This document shows, in pieces, positions 1-13,769 of a stretch of 64,000 nucleotides of DNA. The notes below the pieces were generated by a model. It did not search any database, was not told the origin of the DNA, and saw only the letters and a list, made by a program, of their open reading frames with translations. The stretch is from assembly GCF_036321535.1 (NCBI RefSeq), contig NC_087437.1, positions 73,472,001-73,536,000 on the forward strand, read 5' to 3'. Source of the DNA: Camelus dromedarius. Its lineage: Eukaryota. Both the position numbers and the translations under genes were made by a program. Every line of letters starts with the position of its first letter. Position 1 is the stretch's first letter.

Positions 1-339
1 AATGACATTTTTGTGCCACTTTCAAACTTTTATTTTCTCTATCATATAAAATTAATTGCAAAACATTCCACTAGTGAAAAATGGCAGCAATGAAAGCAAC
101 TTCCCATTTCTCAATTATAAAAATCTCTAAAACCGAATAAACATGTAAGCAATCTAGATTAGCCAAACTTTATTTAAATGAAATACATATTACACTCACT
201 TTAACCTGTGTTTTGGTGGGTCTTTTTCACATCTGCTGTTGCAGAACTTCCAGCCCCCACAGTTATTTCAGAAGATTCTCTGGGGATGTTTTATCATAAT
301 TCCCAAGTTCTGTCAGCTATTATTATGTGGTGTCATCCA

Positions 340-1440
340 TTTTCTTTATCTCCAGTTTCCTTATCTCCAACTCTGACCTACCCCTGAGGATGCCTGGTGC
401 TGAAGGGTGTGTTGTCTACAGGCCACATGAAGGTGGCCCAGGACAAGAGTCTCTGACTCCCACAAATGCCCTGCTCATCTCTTGCAGGCTGTTGTGATAG
501 GAGTGGCCCTCACTCTTTCTGGACACTGCTCTCTCTTGCCAGATTATTTCCTTCTCCTGCTGGGTTTTCCTTCTAGATGTAACAAGTCTTCCAGAAGTTA
601 AAACTTCCACTAGTGATGAAGTACCTTCTCTTGTTCCTGCCATAAGTATCTTCTCTGCTGAGCTTTCATTCTTCTAGTGCTCAAACTGCAAACCCTGAAT
701 CATCCTTGATTCCTCTCTTTTTTTCACATTCTACATCTAACTCCTAAGTAAGCCCTCTTGGCTCTACTTCTAAATATATCCAAAATGGAATCAGTTTTCA
801 CCCCATCTACCTCTACCATCTTAATCTGAGTCTCTGTCACACCTGGCTATTACAGTGGTTTCCAATGTATGTCCTTGCTTTCAACTTTGCCACTAATACA
901 GCAACCAGAGTGACTATTAAAAAACCCATGTCACACTTCTGCTTTAAACACTTTAATGTTTTCTATCTCATTCAGAATGAAACGCAAAAGATCTACTTTG
1001 TTTCACACAGTTCTTGGTGATCCTGTTCCTTGTTACCCAGTACTTATTCAACTCCCCCTCACTTACTCACCACTCACTCTCAACCCATATGTTCATTAAA
1101 GCTCCTTCCCTTTCTTAATTTTCTGCCCTCTGCAGCTGTCACCTTCTCAGAGAAGCCTTTCCTAATCTGACTACCTTGTAAAAAAAAAAAAAAAAGTAGT
1201 TTTCCCTGTCCACTTACATCCCACTCATTTTCTCATCCCTTAGTTGACTTTTTCATCTCAGCACTTTTTTGTTGTCTGATACAGTAAATATTTACTTGAT
1301 ATATTTGTTTAGGATCTGTCACTTCATGTAGAAAGTCAGTTCTATAAAAGTAGTAACATGATTTGTTTTGTTCAATACTATATCCTCAGAACCTGGCAAG
1401 TAGTAGGTGCTCAGTAAACATGTATCAACAAAATAGGTGG
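340..1440 (+). mobile_element. L2 3' portion
   Basis: Pyrimidine-rich L2 phrases ending 'cctggcaagtagtaggtgctcagtaaacatg'. Confidence 0.7.
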
Positions 1441-2895
1441 GTATGTCACATTTCCAATAGTGAAGAGTGGCTACTGGGACAAAATTCTAGTGTTTTTGGA
1501 TCTTTGATGAAATATTATAATAATTGCTTTATATCCTGCTATAACTCAGAGCTATTATATCCAATGATAATACTATCACCAGCAATTAAGAAATATATAT
1601 TTGATACTGAATAAATGACCTCAAATGTTTGGCTATCTTTTAGGGAAAGTCTGGCTGCAAGTCTGGGTAGCTGTAATGAGACTATCTTAAGGTATGTTAT
1701 ATCTAAATTATATTCATCATAAAATTTATATAACAGACAATTTTAGCTATTGATTTCTAATTCAATAATAACTAAGGTTTTTCTCAAGTTATATTGTATA
1801 TATATTTTCTTTCAAAGTTAAGTAACTGAGAATATATATTCAAGAGAAGTAGAAATCTAAAAAAAGAAAATTTCTTATTCTATTTGTAAGCCTAAAAAGG
1901 AAAAAATTGTAAATGAACAGGACTTTTTTTCTTACATAACTTATATAGTTTTTTTTAATGTAACTGTGAATATATTTCCTTCCTGCCTTTGTCTTCAATG
2001 TCTTTCTCCTTTCTAAAAGTAAAAATGTATTTTTTGTATACATAAAGCCCTCCGTCAAAATAATGTAATTTAAATGAGGCTATTTTAAAATTGGCCATTT
2101 GCTACAGGAAAGCTTGATTAGGCCTAAAAACCTATCGAAACAGATTTTTTGAAAGTCTTGTAAAAGTTTTGTTACTGTCTTCAGTAACTCAGATTGGTTT
2201 CCTAACATATAATTAGTCTCATTAATCCCTGGACAGTATTACTAGCCTCTAAGTGCTCTTGTAGACCAGCAAGGGTGATCTGAAAAGCATGAGAGAGAAG
2301 TAGGAAAAAGAAACAAGAGTAATTAGGCCATAAAATAGATAGTAAACAATTTCCTATGTTAACTAGCATTTATAACATCCTTTGAAGTCCTCAGAAGTTT
2401 CATGCCTGAGAAAAATACAGAGGTGAGAAAAATAAGATATGAATAAAGAGTGATTCTTTTGGAACATGAAAAGCCAGTATAAAAGTCTTTAGGCCAGGGG
2501 AAAACTTACTCTGAAAATTTCAATTCAAGTTTTGAATTAGGCAACCTCATTAAACAAACATTCTCAGTCATTACCAGAGTATCATTTCTGCAGTGCGATT
2601 ACAGAGAATGCCATAATGAGAATATTCACTAGCAAAAGAAAAATTATTGTAATACTATTGTAATACTTTTCACCTAAAAATGGAAACTTGCTTTCTTTTA
2701 TCTAAAATAATGTAATGCTTAAAGGCTGCTGAATTGCAATTATTTTGGTTAATCTTTATATCCCAGGCTGAATGATTAATCCATCAAAGCTTAAAAATAC
2801 ATTTCCAGGAGTTTTGAAGGGGAATTCATATGTGTTAATGGCCTAGATTTCCCCCCCTGTTTTCAGTAAAGGTCATCAGAGTAGAATGGTTTAAA

Positions 2896-3086
2896 GCTGT
2901 GATTCTCAGACTTTACTGTGCACATGAGTCATCTGGAAGGCTTCTAGAACTGCTGGGCCTTTCCCCCAGAGTTTCTGAGTCAGTAGGTCTGGGTGGGGCC
3001 TCAAATTTTGTATTTCCAAGAAGTTTCGAGGTGGTGCTTATGCTGCTAGTCTGGGAATTATACTCTGAGAACAGTGAACCACTAGT
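2896..3086. mobile_element. MER5-family (hAT-Charlie) MITE
   Basis: 'tgattctcagactt..cccagagtttctgagtcagtaggtctgggtgggg..ctgagaaca'. Confidence 0.75.
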
Positions 3087-5934
3087 TTAAACTAAGGCAA
3101 GTGGTTGCCCCACAAATCATTTTGTTTGAATTTATGTCTATTCTTTAACTGGAGACTTGTTATTTATCATGCAAGGAAAAATATTTAAAATAGATTGTTC
3201 AGACATGATTTTTAAAATGCACTGAGCTCTCTACTTTGTCTTACTCAGTCTTACTTGGAGCTTACCAACAGCACATGTCCTCAAGATTACGGGCCTATGC
3301 CAAGTCTGAAGTTCTAGCTGTAGCAAAGAATCCGTGCACTTAAAAAAACCATTTGTCCATTACTTCCATCTCCTAATACCAATCAAATTAATTGACTCAA
3401 GAGAGGTATAGCTAATACTAAATAAAAATCTTCTAGTTTAGATTATATTAATTGATCATCTAATACTTTACTTACACTGAACCAGTTTCCAGAGGTCTTT
3501 ATGAACGCATGGAATCTCGCTTACTGCAAAAGAGACTTTGATCTGATCTGTACTTTTTCTTAGCTCCCTTGCTTAAATTTTTTTTTACTTGATCAGATGT
3601 TCAATGCCAAGCTATTAATATATGATTCACGATGGATATATTCTCATTGTCAATAAATTCCTCCCATCTCAACTCTTTTTTGTTCAGTTACATGTCCAGT
3701 TTGAAGGAAGTTTCTGTGGAAATAAAGATGAGAAACAAAGGAGTAGAAAATCCACATCCAGGATCATAGCAGTAAAAATGATCCCCTCAAAAGATTTTTT
3801 TCCTTGATTTGATCCGATTACATTTTGCTTCTCTATACCTAATACTGAAACTTTTCAACTTTATGTTAGAAAATGGTTTCTACTGCTCATTTTGCACACA
3901 TTATCTTCACTAAAATACCTACTGTTATGACTTCTGCTTTCAGCCTGTCTCTCTACCTCAGACATTCAGCAAAACACCAGGGATGGTCTGTCTTGTCTCG
4001 AGGAAACTGGCATCATGTCCATGGACATCCTACCATTAAGGTTATCTGAATTGATGACCTGCCATCTTCTTCTATTGCTCCAGGGTGACTTTTGTTATTT
4101 GCACCCTTCCTGATAGTGCAGGATGATGTACTGCTATTTTATGTTCACTAGGCTTCTCCCAGGGTTTGGAGTTTGCAGAGATGCTTCTGATTTATAAAGC
4201 AACCAATATCCCTTTCTGAGTAATTTTGATATAAAGTTCCATGGATAACTAGTCTGATGAAAACTCGAAGATAAAATAAAAATCATATATGAATATTATA
4301 AGTAAATGACATTGACCCTTGGAATATATGGGGTAGACAATATATTCCCCAAAGTTACACCCTAGCAGGTCATTATAAGGGTTTAGGATACTTTAGAAAA
4401 GATGCTATTTTTCCCTTCCTGCCCCACATTCCATCTCAGAGAACGTGTTCACTTCTCATTCTCAGAGCTCCCGTCCATCCCTGTGAACTGGAAAAATGAA
4501 CATGTAAATCTAACACTCTGATACAGATGATTGACTTTAGAGAGGCAGTCTGGGATTTGAAAACATGATTTAGAATTTGTAGGGACTTGGCTGTAGAAGC
4601 TAGTCTTGGAAAATAATGTAGCTTCAGAGATGGAGGACACTATTTCTATACACATAGAGAAAGAGAAGAGTAAGGCAAATAAGCACAGAGGAGCAGGGAA
4701 AAGAGAACATTTGAGCTGGAGAGTTCCTGACCATCCTGGAGGTACTTCCTTATCCTCTGGAATAATTTTGCTTCTGCTTGCTCAAGTGAATTTCTATTTC
4801 CTACAACTAAATTATGCTCGACTAAGACAACACTTATGGTTAAAAGTCCTTTATTTTCAAGTGGAGGGATAATAGAATAACAGGGATAACAGTCAATATC
4901 AGAGCCACCATGCTGTCCAGTCCAAATGTTTCCCATTACATTTTTTCTTCATTAATAATTTAAATCAGAAAAGCAAAAAGTAATACATGGTCAATGTAAA
5001 AAAAAAATCAAATAACACAGATGTACAGAAAGTTTAAGATTCCTAAGTCTCACTGTCTCCCGGTGCTATTTCTCAGAAGTAAATTCTGGTTAACCATTGT
5101 TGCATATCCTTCCAGATTTGTGTATTTACAAACAAAAACCAAACACACATTAATGTACACCTATATATTTCTGTGCATGTATGTATGTATGTATCTGTTC
5201 TTGTTCAACTTAAGTACGATGTCTTGTGTTTATTCTTCTCCAGACACAGGAAACATCTGTTCAGGGTTCTCCTGTATAAACCCTTCATGAGTTTGAGGCC
5301 AGCCATCAATTGCTTTTTAGTTTTCTTTTCCTTGGGTCAAACAATCCCGATTCCACTTTTTCCTTGGTAGATAAAAGTCATTTTTTTCTTTTTCTCACTA
5401 CAAAAGAAGAACTGGTCTCTGAATTCAGTGCTCTAATAAAAAAAATTTTAAAACACTAATATTATAGTTCTAATATTGGCTGGCACTGTATCAAAGTCTC
5501 ACCATCTGTATAATGGGATCGTTGACTCATCCAGTCAGTTTTGAGGCTAAATTTTGCTCGGCATTCATTCAACCAATTACTCTCAGCTAACAGATATTAG
5601 AGTTGTGTATAGTAGGGTATTATCTCAGTTAATTCATTGTCTCTTTTAAAATTTACGCTAACTAGAAATATGGTTTCTTATTTAACAAGATGTGGCTATC
5701 TTAAAGCCAAAGATGGTAAACATATTCTTTGGAGATGTTCCTCATTTCTCTACATTCTCTGCATAATAGTGAGTATCTAAATTACCCATTGTATATCAAC
5801 ATCTAAATACTTACAAACCTAGAGAAAGTTCTTATTCAGTAGAATATTTAAAACATGTTTTATAGACTTGGTATTTCTGAAATGCCCAAATAGAAAAAAT
5901 ATCCCCCAGTGGCTTCCCTTCAATTATTTTTTAA

Positions 5935-6484
5935 ACCTCTCTTTTAAAAATAATTTTTGAAATATATCATACCTACAAAGAGGCATATAAAACCTATCTG
6001 TAAAGTTTAAATAATAATAAAATAAATATCTCTGTACCCATCACCCATCTTAGGAAACAGAACATTATTGGTACTTCCGAGACACTTCGCCAAATGTATC
6101 CCTTTTACTCTCTTTCGGAGGTAACTGGTAACTCTATCCCAATTTTTTATTACCTTTGCTTTTCTTTATAACTTTGCCACCTAGATATCTATCCTTCAAC
6201 ATTACTATATTTAATTTCCCCAAACCTTAAACTTTACACAAATTGAATGAACTCATGAATTTTTTATGATTACAACCAAATGATTCTGAGATTCATTCAT
6301 GTTGATGAGTATAGGTTGCATGCATTCATTTCAGTGATGAATAATATTTCATTGTATGAATATTCTACAATTTATTTATCCATTATACTATTGATGAATT
6401 TTTGGGTTGCTTCCAGTTTTTGCTGCTATTGACAGTGTTCATGGACTTCTTAGATATTTGCCTAGCAGATGGACTGCTTGGATA
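5935..6484 (-). mobile_element. Old L1M 3' end fragment
   Basis: 'tctgagattcattcatgttg..tttcattgtatgaatattctacaatttatttatccatt..ttgggttgcttccagtttttgct'. Confidence 0.7.
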
Positions 6485-7109
6485 TGACACAGGAAAACAG
6501 ATGTGGGGCATGGGAAGGGCTATGTCCCAGGTCTCGGTTGAGCCCCAGGGATGTGCCCCACCAAGTTTGGATCCTTGGCTTTGCGCAGGAAAGAATTCAA
6601 GAGCAAGCCACAGTTGAGTGAAGGTAGATTTATTCAGAGAGATACATTGAACGGCAAGAGAAAGGCAACAAGGTATGGGGGTTGGGTGCTCAGATTAAAA
6701 GTAGGTACATTCCTATAGACAGAATGCTGGCTGTCTCCGAAGAGGGAGAGAGAGGGGTGGCCACAAGGCACTACCGAGTTGCTAGTTTTTATGGGCTTGG
6801 TGGCTTCATATGCTAATAAGTGGAAGGACCAGTCTAAGGGGAAGGGGCTGGGATTCCCAGGAAAGTTGGCCATTTTCCATTCTTTGACCTTTTGTGGCTA
6901 GCCTTGGAATTGCCATAGTGCCTGTGGACGTGTTATTCACCATGTTAATATATTACAGTAAGCATACAATGAAGCTCAAGGTCTACTAGAAGTTAAATCT
7001 CTCACCATCTTGAGCCTAAGGGCCTACTGGGGGTTGAATCTTTCACCATTTTGATGTTAATTGCTGTACCATTCCTTGAATGGCTGTGCCCTGCCCCCTT
7101 CCTGTCTCA
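6485..7109 (-). mobile_element. ERV solo LTR (probably ERV1 class), 625 bp
   Basis: TG..CA termini with an 11-bp imperfect inverted repeat (TGACACAGGAA / TTCCTGTCTCA); minus-strand AATAAA near 6630; U5-like 'ggatccttggctttgcgcaggaaagaattcaagagc'. No clean TSD. Confidence 0.8.
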
Positions 7110-8689
7110 ATTCCATCAAAAAAACCTTTTTTAATACAAAGCAAATGTCCTTGCACATAGTAGGACATAAGAAACACTTGAGTGAATTAATTTCAATAAT
7201 TCAGTAGCTGATTTAAAGTCTTTTAAATATTTCCTAGCAAACATGTATCTAGGAACAAATATGAAGAATATATTTGTAGATGGAATGTAAGGTGAGGACT
7301 TAGTAATTGTTTAATTGGATTTACCCATTCTGGAAGGAACTACACCCTTGCTGAAGAAAACACAGCACCACTAGAAAGGGATAACTCATTTCCAACATGT
7401 GTGTTCTTTGCTAGTCTACCAAGCAAGAACACATTTGCCCAGCTAAGTAAGCCCTCTTAAAACATACTGGGACAAAACCAGATAGAAACAAGTAAAGTAA
7501 ATCAAATATTTGCCCAGCTGACTTTTTCTTTCAAGTTGGTATTCTCAATATGGGTGGCAAGCAATTTTCCCTTCAAGTCTCCTTCTGGCCCTTCTATTAT
7601 CATCCAAAGCATTCTCATTCCCATCAAAAAGCATTTATTAAACACTTAGTTATTCATTGTATTGCAAATAAATTCATGGTTGCAAAGTGGATTAGTGCAA
7701 AAAGGGCTGTATGCTTTGTTACGGAAGAAAGCTTAATAACTTTGTTTAACCTCTATCGTATGTTAAGCCTGTAGTTCTAACATCAATTCTTTCCAAGCAG
7801 TTTGAATGATTTATATGCCAACAAAGGCCTAGACAGTAGGAGCACAAGGGTAATTATTATAATGTCCCTGCAATCACCTGCAGCCCCAGGGAGCCCTGAT
7901 TTTGCTTATCATCGTCCCTTTTGGCAGGAAATATTAAGAGGTCAAGTATTCCTGCCTTGGAATTAGTCTTTTCTATATTTTATGGCAGGGTGTTGATTAT
8001 GACACAGTTGTTTAAATTCCAGATTTGCTTGCCTTAATTGACATCAGTAACCTATCTGATTTTTTTCTTCTTACCTAAATTCCTAGCTTAAAAAGCTTGG
8101 CTTATTTCTTTTGTTTCTTAATCATCATTAAGAAGTCACAAATGATTCTTGCAGATGCAATTTGGGGTGTCACAAATTACAGTTGAGGTATGAATAACTG
8201 CCCCCAGTAGTGAACCAAGTTTCCAAGTATTATATTTGACTTTACCCACTTAGACAGCAGGTTAGCAAGAAATCCAGTTTCTTTCCTAGACGATCATCTC
8301 CCTCCCAAATTCCCTTTCATGTTCCAAGGGCCAGTCTTGCTTGTTCTTGTCTTCTTGCCAGCTTTATTGCTGTTATATTTCTTGCAATTAAACAATGCCT
8401 AACATAATTCCTATGGCTAAAAGTTCTTCTTCAAATTAAATTTTTAGGGACTTCTAGCTCAAAGGTATTAGGACACTTTTTACTAGAAGAGTGCCTGAGG
8501 CCAGCTGCCTTCTCCCCCCACCCCCCACCTTCTTTGTAATATCAGCCTGCTGAGGCATTAGAGCTGCTACAAGGTCTGACAAAAATGTTTCCCATTATAT
8601 TATTTTATTTAGTAACATTTCAAGTTAGAAAAATGAGAAGTAATATATGCTTATCTTGTTACAGTGGGGATTTGGACTCATCACCTTGG

Positions 8690-8881
8690 TGCGATTGCCA
8701 GATAAAATATAGGATTTCCAATTAAATGTGAATTGCAGATAAGCAATAATTTTCTTTTAGTAGAAGTAGGCCCCATGCAACATTTGGTACAAACTTTTAC
8801 TAAAATATTATTTGTTGTTTATCTGAAATTCAGATTTAACTGGGAGACCTAAATTTTAGTTTGCCAAATCTGGCAACGCTA
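8690..8881. mobile_element. MER53 palindromic MITE
   Basis: Ends 'ttgccagat' / 'atctggcaac' with internal inverted arms (aattgcagataa / ttatctgaaatt; ttttagta / tactaaaa). Confidence 0.85.
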
Positions 8882-9554
8882 CCCCTGGAGCTGGTGGACT
8901 TCCAAACTGCCAGCAGCTGCTGGTTGCTTGGTAAAAAGCTATCACCTCCTCCAGCACTGTGCTACAGACTTGTGGCTGGTGTTGCCGCCAAAGTTGGAGG
9001 CATCTACAAGTTCGGTAATCATTAAGAATGGCTGGTGTCCAAGAAGATGAAGCTTCGGATGAACTTTATGCTCTAGTAGCTTTTGCATCAGCCAGTGCAG
9101 ATCATTGTCTGCTGGTTCTTCAAGATTTCAGAGAAGGATCATCTTACTCCCCAATACCTTCCTCAGCATTCTACTAGGAAAATGGTGTTTCATAGCAAAA
9201 TTACCATGAGGTCCTTATATTCTAGCTTTTAGATTCATTCACATAATTACTTCAGGAAGACATAGCCTGCCTGTGGAAAAACTGATTTGGGATGGGAGAA
9301 GAACCTCTCTTCTGTCAGCCACGCCATTTGTCCCTAGCGTTTACTGCCCCTGTGGTGGCTTTATTTCTATGGCTTTTTGGCCTTTCCTTGTTACTGGGCT
9401 TCTATTGGGGTTATCTTAGTCTATTCTAACAGATTCCAATAATCTTGGATCTTAGGGCAAACTAGTTTGAGCTCCTGTACTCTTATACCTCAGGAAGCTA
9501 CTAATCTTATGGAAATATAGTTCCCTCAAGAAATACCAAATATACTGAAAATAT

Positions 9555-12500
9555 GTTTGGTAGAATTCCCCAGTGAAGCCATCTGGTCCTGGACTTTTAT
9601 TTGTAGGGAGGTTTTTTATTGCTAATTTGATTTCATTTCTAGTGATCAGTTTGTTCAAGTGGTCAGTTTCTTCTTGATTCAGTCTTGGTGGACTGTATGT
9701 TTCCAGAAACTTGTCCATCTCCTTTAGGTTATCCATTTTGGTTCCATATAGTTTTTCATAATATTCTCATATGATAGTCTGTATTTCTATGTTATTTGTT
9801 GTAATTTCTCCATTTTCCTTTCTTATTTTGCTTATTTGTGCTCTCTTTTTTCTTCTTTGTGAGTTTGGCCAGAGGTTTGTCAATTTTATTTACTCTTTCA
9901 AAAAACCAGCTTTTGGTTTGATTGTTTTTTTTTTTTTCTATTTTTTTAATCTCTATTTTATTTATTTCCTCTCTGATCTTTATTATTTCCTTCCTTCTGC
10001 TGACTTTTGGGTGTTTTGGCTCCTCTTTTTCTAGTTCTTTTATCTGGTGGTTTAGATTGTTTATTTGAGATTGTTCTTCTTTTTTGAGGAAGGCCTGTAT
10101 TGCTATAAACTTCCCTCATAGCACTGCCTTTGCTGTGTCCCATAACTTTTTTGTGGTTGTGTTTTCATTTTCATTTGTCTCAAGGCATTTTTAAATTTCA
10201 ACTTTGATTTCATCATCAACCCACTGGTTTTTTTAATAGCATGTTGTTTAATCTACATGCTTTCCTTTTTTCTCCTTTGTTTCTCTGTAGTTGATTTCTA
10301 GTTTCATGGCATTGTGGTCAGTAAAGATGCTTGAGATAATTTCTATCTTCTTAAAATTGTTGAGGCTTCTTTTGTGCCCAAGTACATGATCAATCCTAGA
10401 AAATGTTCCATGTGCACTTGAAAAGAATGTATATCCTATTTTTGGGGGGTGTAATGCTCTGAAAATATCCATCAAATCTAAATTTTCTATTGTATCATTT
10501 AATTTCTCTGTTGCCTTATTTATTTTTTGTCTGGAAGATCTGTCTAGTGATGTTAATATGGTGTTAAAATAACGGACAATGATTGTATTCCCATCAATTT
10601 CCCCCTTTATCTCTGTTAGTAGTTGTTTTATGTACTTAGGTGCTCCTATGTTGGGTGCATATATATTAATGAGTGTCATATCCTCATCTTGTATTACTCC
10701 TTTGATCATTATAAAATGTCCTTCTTTATCTTTCTTTATGGTCCTTGTTTTAAAGTCTATTTTGTCTGAAATCAGTACTGCTACACCTGCTTTTCTGGCT
10801 TTTCCATTTGCATGGAATATCCTTTTCCATCCTTTCACTCTCAATCTATATGTGTCCTTCTCCCTAAAGTGGGTCTCTTGTATGCAGCATATTGAAGGTT
10901 CTTGCTTTATTATCCAGTCTGCCACTCTACATCTTTTGACTGGAGCATTTAATCCATTAACATTTACAGTAATTAATGAAAGGTAAGTGTTTATTGCCAT
11001 TTTGAACTTATTTTTGCAGTTCATTTGGTATTTCCTCTTTGTTTCTGTCTTCTTCCTTTTGTGGTTTGGTAATTTTCCTTTGTATTATCTTGGATTTTAT
11101 TTAGTTTTTGTGACTCACTTGTAAGTTTTTGGCTTGTGGTTACCCTTTTTTGTAAGTCTGTTAACCTATTACTATAACTGTTTGTACTAAACAGATAGTA
11201 ATATAATCTCAAACCCATCCTACCGAGAACAAAAAAATTTTTTAAAAAGAAGAAAGAAAAAAAATTCTATATTTTCTTGCTTCCCTCTCCCACTCTTAAT
11301 GATTTAGATGTCTTCTTTTACAACTTTGTGTTTATTCTATTTGTAATTCATGGTAGTTATCATCTTTCCAGTTATGAGTTTCTCATTTTTGTAGCATCCT
11401 GCTTCTTTTCTATTTAGAGTAGACCTGTCAATATTTCTTTTAGCATGGGTTTAGAACAAATTATAATAAAATTTATATGGAACTACAAAAGACCTAGAAT
11501 TGCCAAAGCATTACTGAAGGAAAAGAAAGAGGCTGGAGGAATAACTTTCCCAGACTTCAGACAATACTACAGAGCTACAGTCATCAAGACAGCGTGGTGG
11601 TATTGGTACAAAAACAGACATATGGACCAATGGAACAGAATAGAGAACCCAGAAATGAACCCACAAACTTTTGGTCAACTAACCTTCAACAAAAGAGGCA
11701 AGAATATACAATGGAATAAAGACAGTCTCTTCAGCAAATGGTGTTGGGAATACTGGACAGCAGCACGTAAATCAATGAAGCTAGAACACTCCCTTACACC
11801 ATATACAAAAATCAACTCAAAATGGATCAAAGACTTAAACATAAAACAAGATACAATAAACCTCCTAGAAAAAAATATAGGCAAAACATTATCTGACATA
11901 CATCTCAAAAATGTTCTCCTAGAATAGTCTACCCAAGCAATAGAAATAAAAGCAAGAATAAACAAATGGGACCTAATGAAACTTACAAGCTTCTGCACAG
12001 CAAAGGAAACCTTAAGTAAAACAAAATGACAACTTACAGAATTGGAGAAAATTTTTGCAAATGAAACCGACAAAAGCTTGATCTCCGGAATATATAAGCA
12101 GCTCATATGACTTAATAAGAAAAAAACAAACAACCCAATCCAAAAATGGGCAGAAGTCCTAAACAAGCAATTCTCCGAGGAAGAAATACAAATGATCAAT
12201 AGGCACATGAAAAAATGCTCAATATCACTAATTATCAGAGAAATGCAAATCAAAACTACAATGAGGTATCACCTCACACCAGTCAGAATGGCCATCATTC
12301 AGAAGTCCACAAATGACAAATGCTGGAGAGGCTGTGGAGAAAAGAGAATCTCTTACACTGCTGGTGGGAATGCAGTTTGGTGCAGCCACTGTGGAAAACT
12401 GTGTGGAGATTCCTCAAAAGACTAGGAATAAACTTACCATATGGCCCAGGAATCCCAGTCCTGGGCACATATCCAGAAGGAACCTTACTTCAAAATGACA

Positions 12501-13073
12501 CCTGGTCCCCAATGTTCATAGCAGCACTATTTACAATAGCCAAGACATAGAAACAGCCTAAATGTCCATCAACAGATGACTGGATAAAAAAGAAGCTGTA
12601 TATTTATACAATGGAATACTATTCAGCCATAAAAACTGACAACATAATGCCATTTGCAGCAACATGGATGTTCCTGGAGAATGTCATTCTAAGTGAAGTA
12701 AGCCAGAAAGAGAAAGAAAAATACCATATGAGAGCGCTCATATGTGGAATCTAAAAAAAAAAAAAAAAAAAAAAAAAACATAAATACAAAACAGAAACAG
12801 ACTCATAGACATAGAATACAAACTTGTGGTTGCCAGTGGGACGGGGGGTGGGAAGGAACAGACTGGGATTTCAAAATGTAGAATAGATAAACAAGATTGT
12901 ACTGTGTAGCACAGGGAAATATGTACAGGATCTTGTGGTGGCTCACAGCAAAAGAGACTGTGACAATGAATGTATGTATGTTCATGTATAAGTGAAAAAT
13001 TGTGCTCTACACTGGAATTTGACACAACATTGTAAAATGACTATAACTCAATAAAAAATATGTTTAAAAAAAG
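9555..13073 (+). mobile_element. Young 5'-truncated, 5'-inverted LINE-1 (camelid-type) with target-site duplication
   Basis: 9555-~11452 is minus-oriented (ORF1 end [12 protein letters not shown], 413-bp spacer, ORF2 endonuclease MAINTYLSLITVNVNGLN.. to PGPDGFTGEFYQT). ~11452-13073 is plus-oriented ORF2 C-terminus ([11 protein letters not shown]..), 3'UTR, AATAAA and A-tail. Perfect TSD ATACTGAAAATAT at 9542-9554 and 13074-13086. ORF2 is frameshifted. Confidence 0.95.
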
Positions 13074-13396
13074 ATACTGAAAATATCAGTAGTTCCTCTT
13101 AAAAAGGAAAGAAGAAAAGGAGGGAAGGAAGGAAGAAAGGGCAAGAGAGGGGGAGAGGAAGAGATAAAGGAAGAGGGGAGAGAGAGGAAGAAGAGAAAGA
13201 AAAAATAGAAAGTTCCCCTCCTTAAGGGGCATTAAAAAAAGGAAGAAAGAAAAAGATTGAAGTTTATTGGGCACAGTTAAATCATAAAATGCGATACATT
13301 CTTAAATTAGGGGAAATAAAGGAACATTGATCCCCAAATCTAGCAATTACCCCATTAGAATCTTTGGCCCTCCGAAGATTTTTTCTGTGTATGCTT

Positions 13397-13431
13397 GTGT
13401 GTGTGTGTGTGCGCGTGTGTGTGTGTGTGTG
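13397..13431. repeat. (GT)n microsatellite with GCGC interruption
   Basis: Directly visible. Other CA/GT arrays lie at 17001-17026 and 23358-23383. Confidence 0.95.
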
Positions 13432-13769
13432 CACGTGCATGCTTGTACATTTCTGTGGGAGTGTATACATAATCACACATACAAATGGATTTGCACTCTA
13501 CAGTCTACTTTCAAATCTTTTTTCACTTAATATTATAAAGATTTTTTCATATAATTAAAAATACCTCTAAAATATTATTTTAATAGCTGTGAATTATGCC
13601 ATTGATTGTAATGCTTAATTGTATTTAACCAATCACCAATTTTGTTCATTTATTTCCAATTAACTTCTTACAGCTAAATCTTTGCATACATCTTAAACTA
13701 TTTTCCTTAGAATAATTATCAGCAGTAGAATTTCTGGAACTGGGTGAGGGGGATTTTTCCCATATAGTT

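Noticed and set aside
10248..11024. 258-aa ORF as a host gene
   Set aside because: It is the L1 ORF2 endonuclease domain, frameshifted, inside a truncated insertion.
13100..13260. Purine-rich block as an L1 3' transduction
   Set aside because: It lies outside the 3' TSD (13074-13086), so it is pre-existing low-complexity sequence.
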